Assembly (NCBI GenBank): GCA_035084275.1
Contig: CM068747.1
Location: 5,270,001 to 5,334,000 of the forward strand
DNA length: 64,000 bases
Direction: 5' to 3'
Source of the DNA: Hydrolagus colliei
Taxonomy: Eukaryota
This document shows positions 63,952 to 64,000 of this stretch, one piece after another; within the stretch, counting starts at the first letter, position 1, and each line of letters begins with the position of its first letter. The notes under the pieces were generated by a model that was not told the origin of the DNA, ran no database searches, and worked only from the letters and a program-made list of their open reading frames with translations. Position numbers and translations under genes: made by a program.

Positions 63952-64000
63952 ATAGATTCATAGATTCATAGAATTTTACGGCACAAAAGGAGGCCATTTG
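63952..64000 (-). mobile_element. CR1 3' tail running off the window
   Basis: (atagattc)n octamer repeats then gaattttacggcacaaaaggaggccatt. Confidence 0.8.

Larger units (their letters stand above)
5903..64000 (-). other. PARD3B: Large intron upstream of the exon (intron 2 equivalent), extends beyond the window
   Basis: Ends in a polypyrimidine tract plus AG next to the exon. A by-eye scan found no sequence encoding the preceding exon motif (YW..HHLE..DGGILD.DD....V.EDKDK). Content is repeats and non-coding sequence. Confidence 0.72.

Noticed and set aside
1-64000. CRISPR arrays, retrons, operons or other prokaryotic systems
   Set aside because: The sequence is vertebrate intronic DNA. Recurrent motifs are dispersed SINE and LINE copies in both orientations, not regularly spaced repeats.

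Overview
This is vertebrate nuclear DNA, most likely a cartilaginous fish (holocephalan, elephant-shark-like). That assignment is inferred from the repeat families, which I recognised from memory of their consensus sequences, not by database search. The only host coding sequence I can support is one 172-bp internal exon on the minus strand (5902->5731). It encodes LVAVYEEQEMHHEADDANGSLTDRHSPDTFGSEMAAQLAAFQPITGEIEVTSSALKA, which matches exon 3 of the polarity scaffold gene PARD3B. Everything else appears to be intron: more than 58 kb upstream of the exon and more than 5.7 kb downstream. The introns carry tRNA-derived SINEs with L2-type tails, older Deu-domain SINEs, LF-SINE-like fragments, 5'-truncated L2 and CR1 LINEs, a Tc1/mariner MITE, a decayed piggyBac-like element, a fold-back hairpin repeat, microsatellites and repeat-free stretches that may be enhancers. 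Apart from this exon and the LINE remnants, the ORFs in the supplied track look like noise. I do not see a convincing new multi-gene system. The best leads are structural: several long hairpins, inverted SINE pairs bracketing the exon, retroposon truncations at the 3' stem-loop, an unusually long duplication around an L2, and many LF-SINE-like copies antisense to the gene. Repeat boundaries were read by eye and are approximate (tens of bp) unless stated otherwise.
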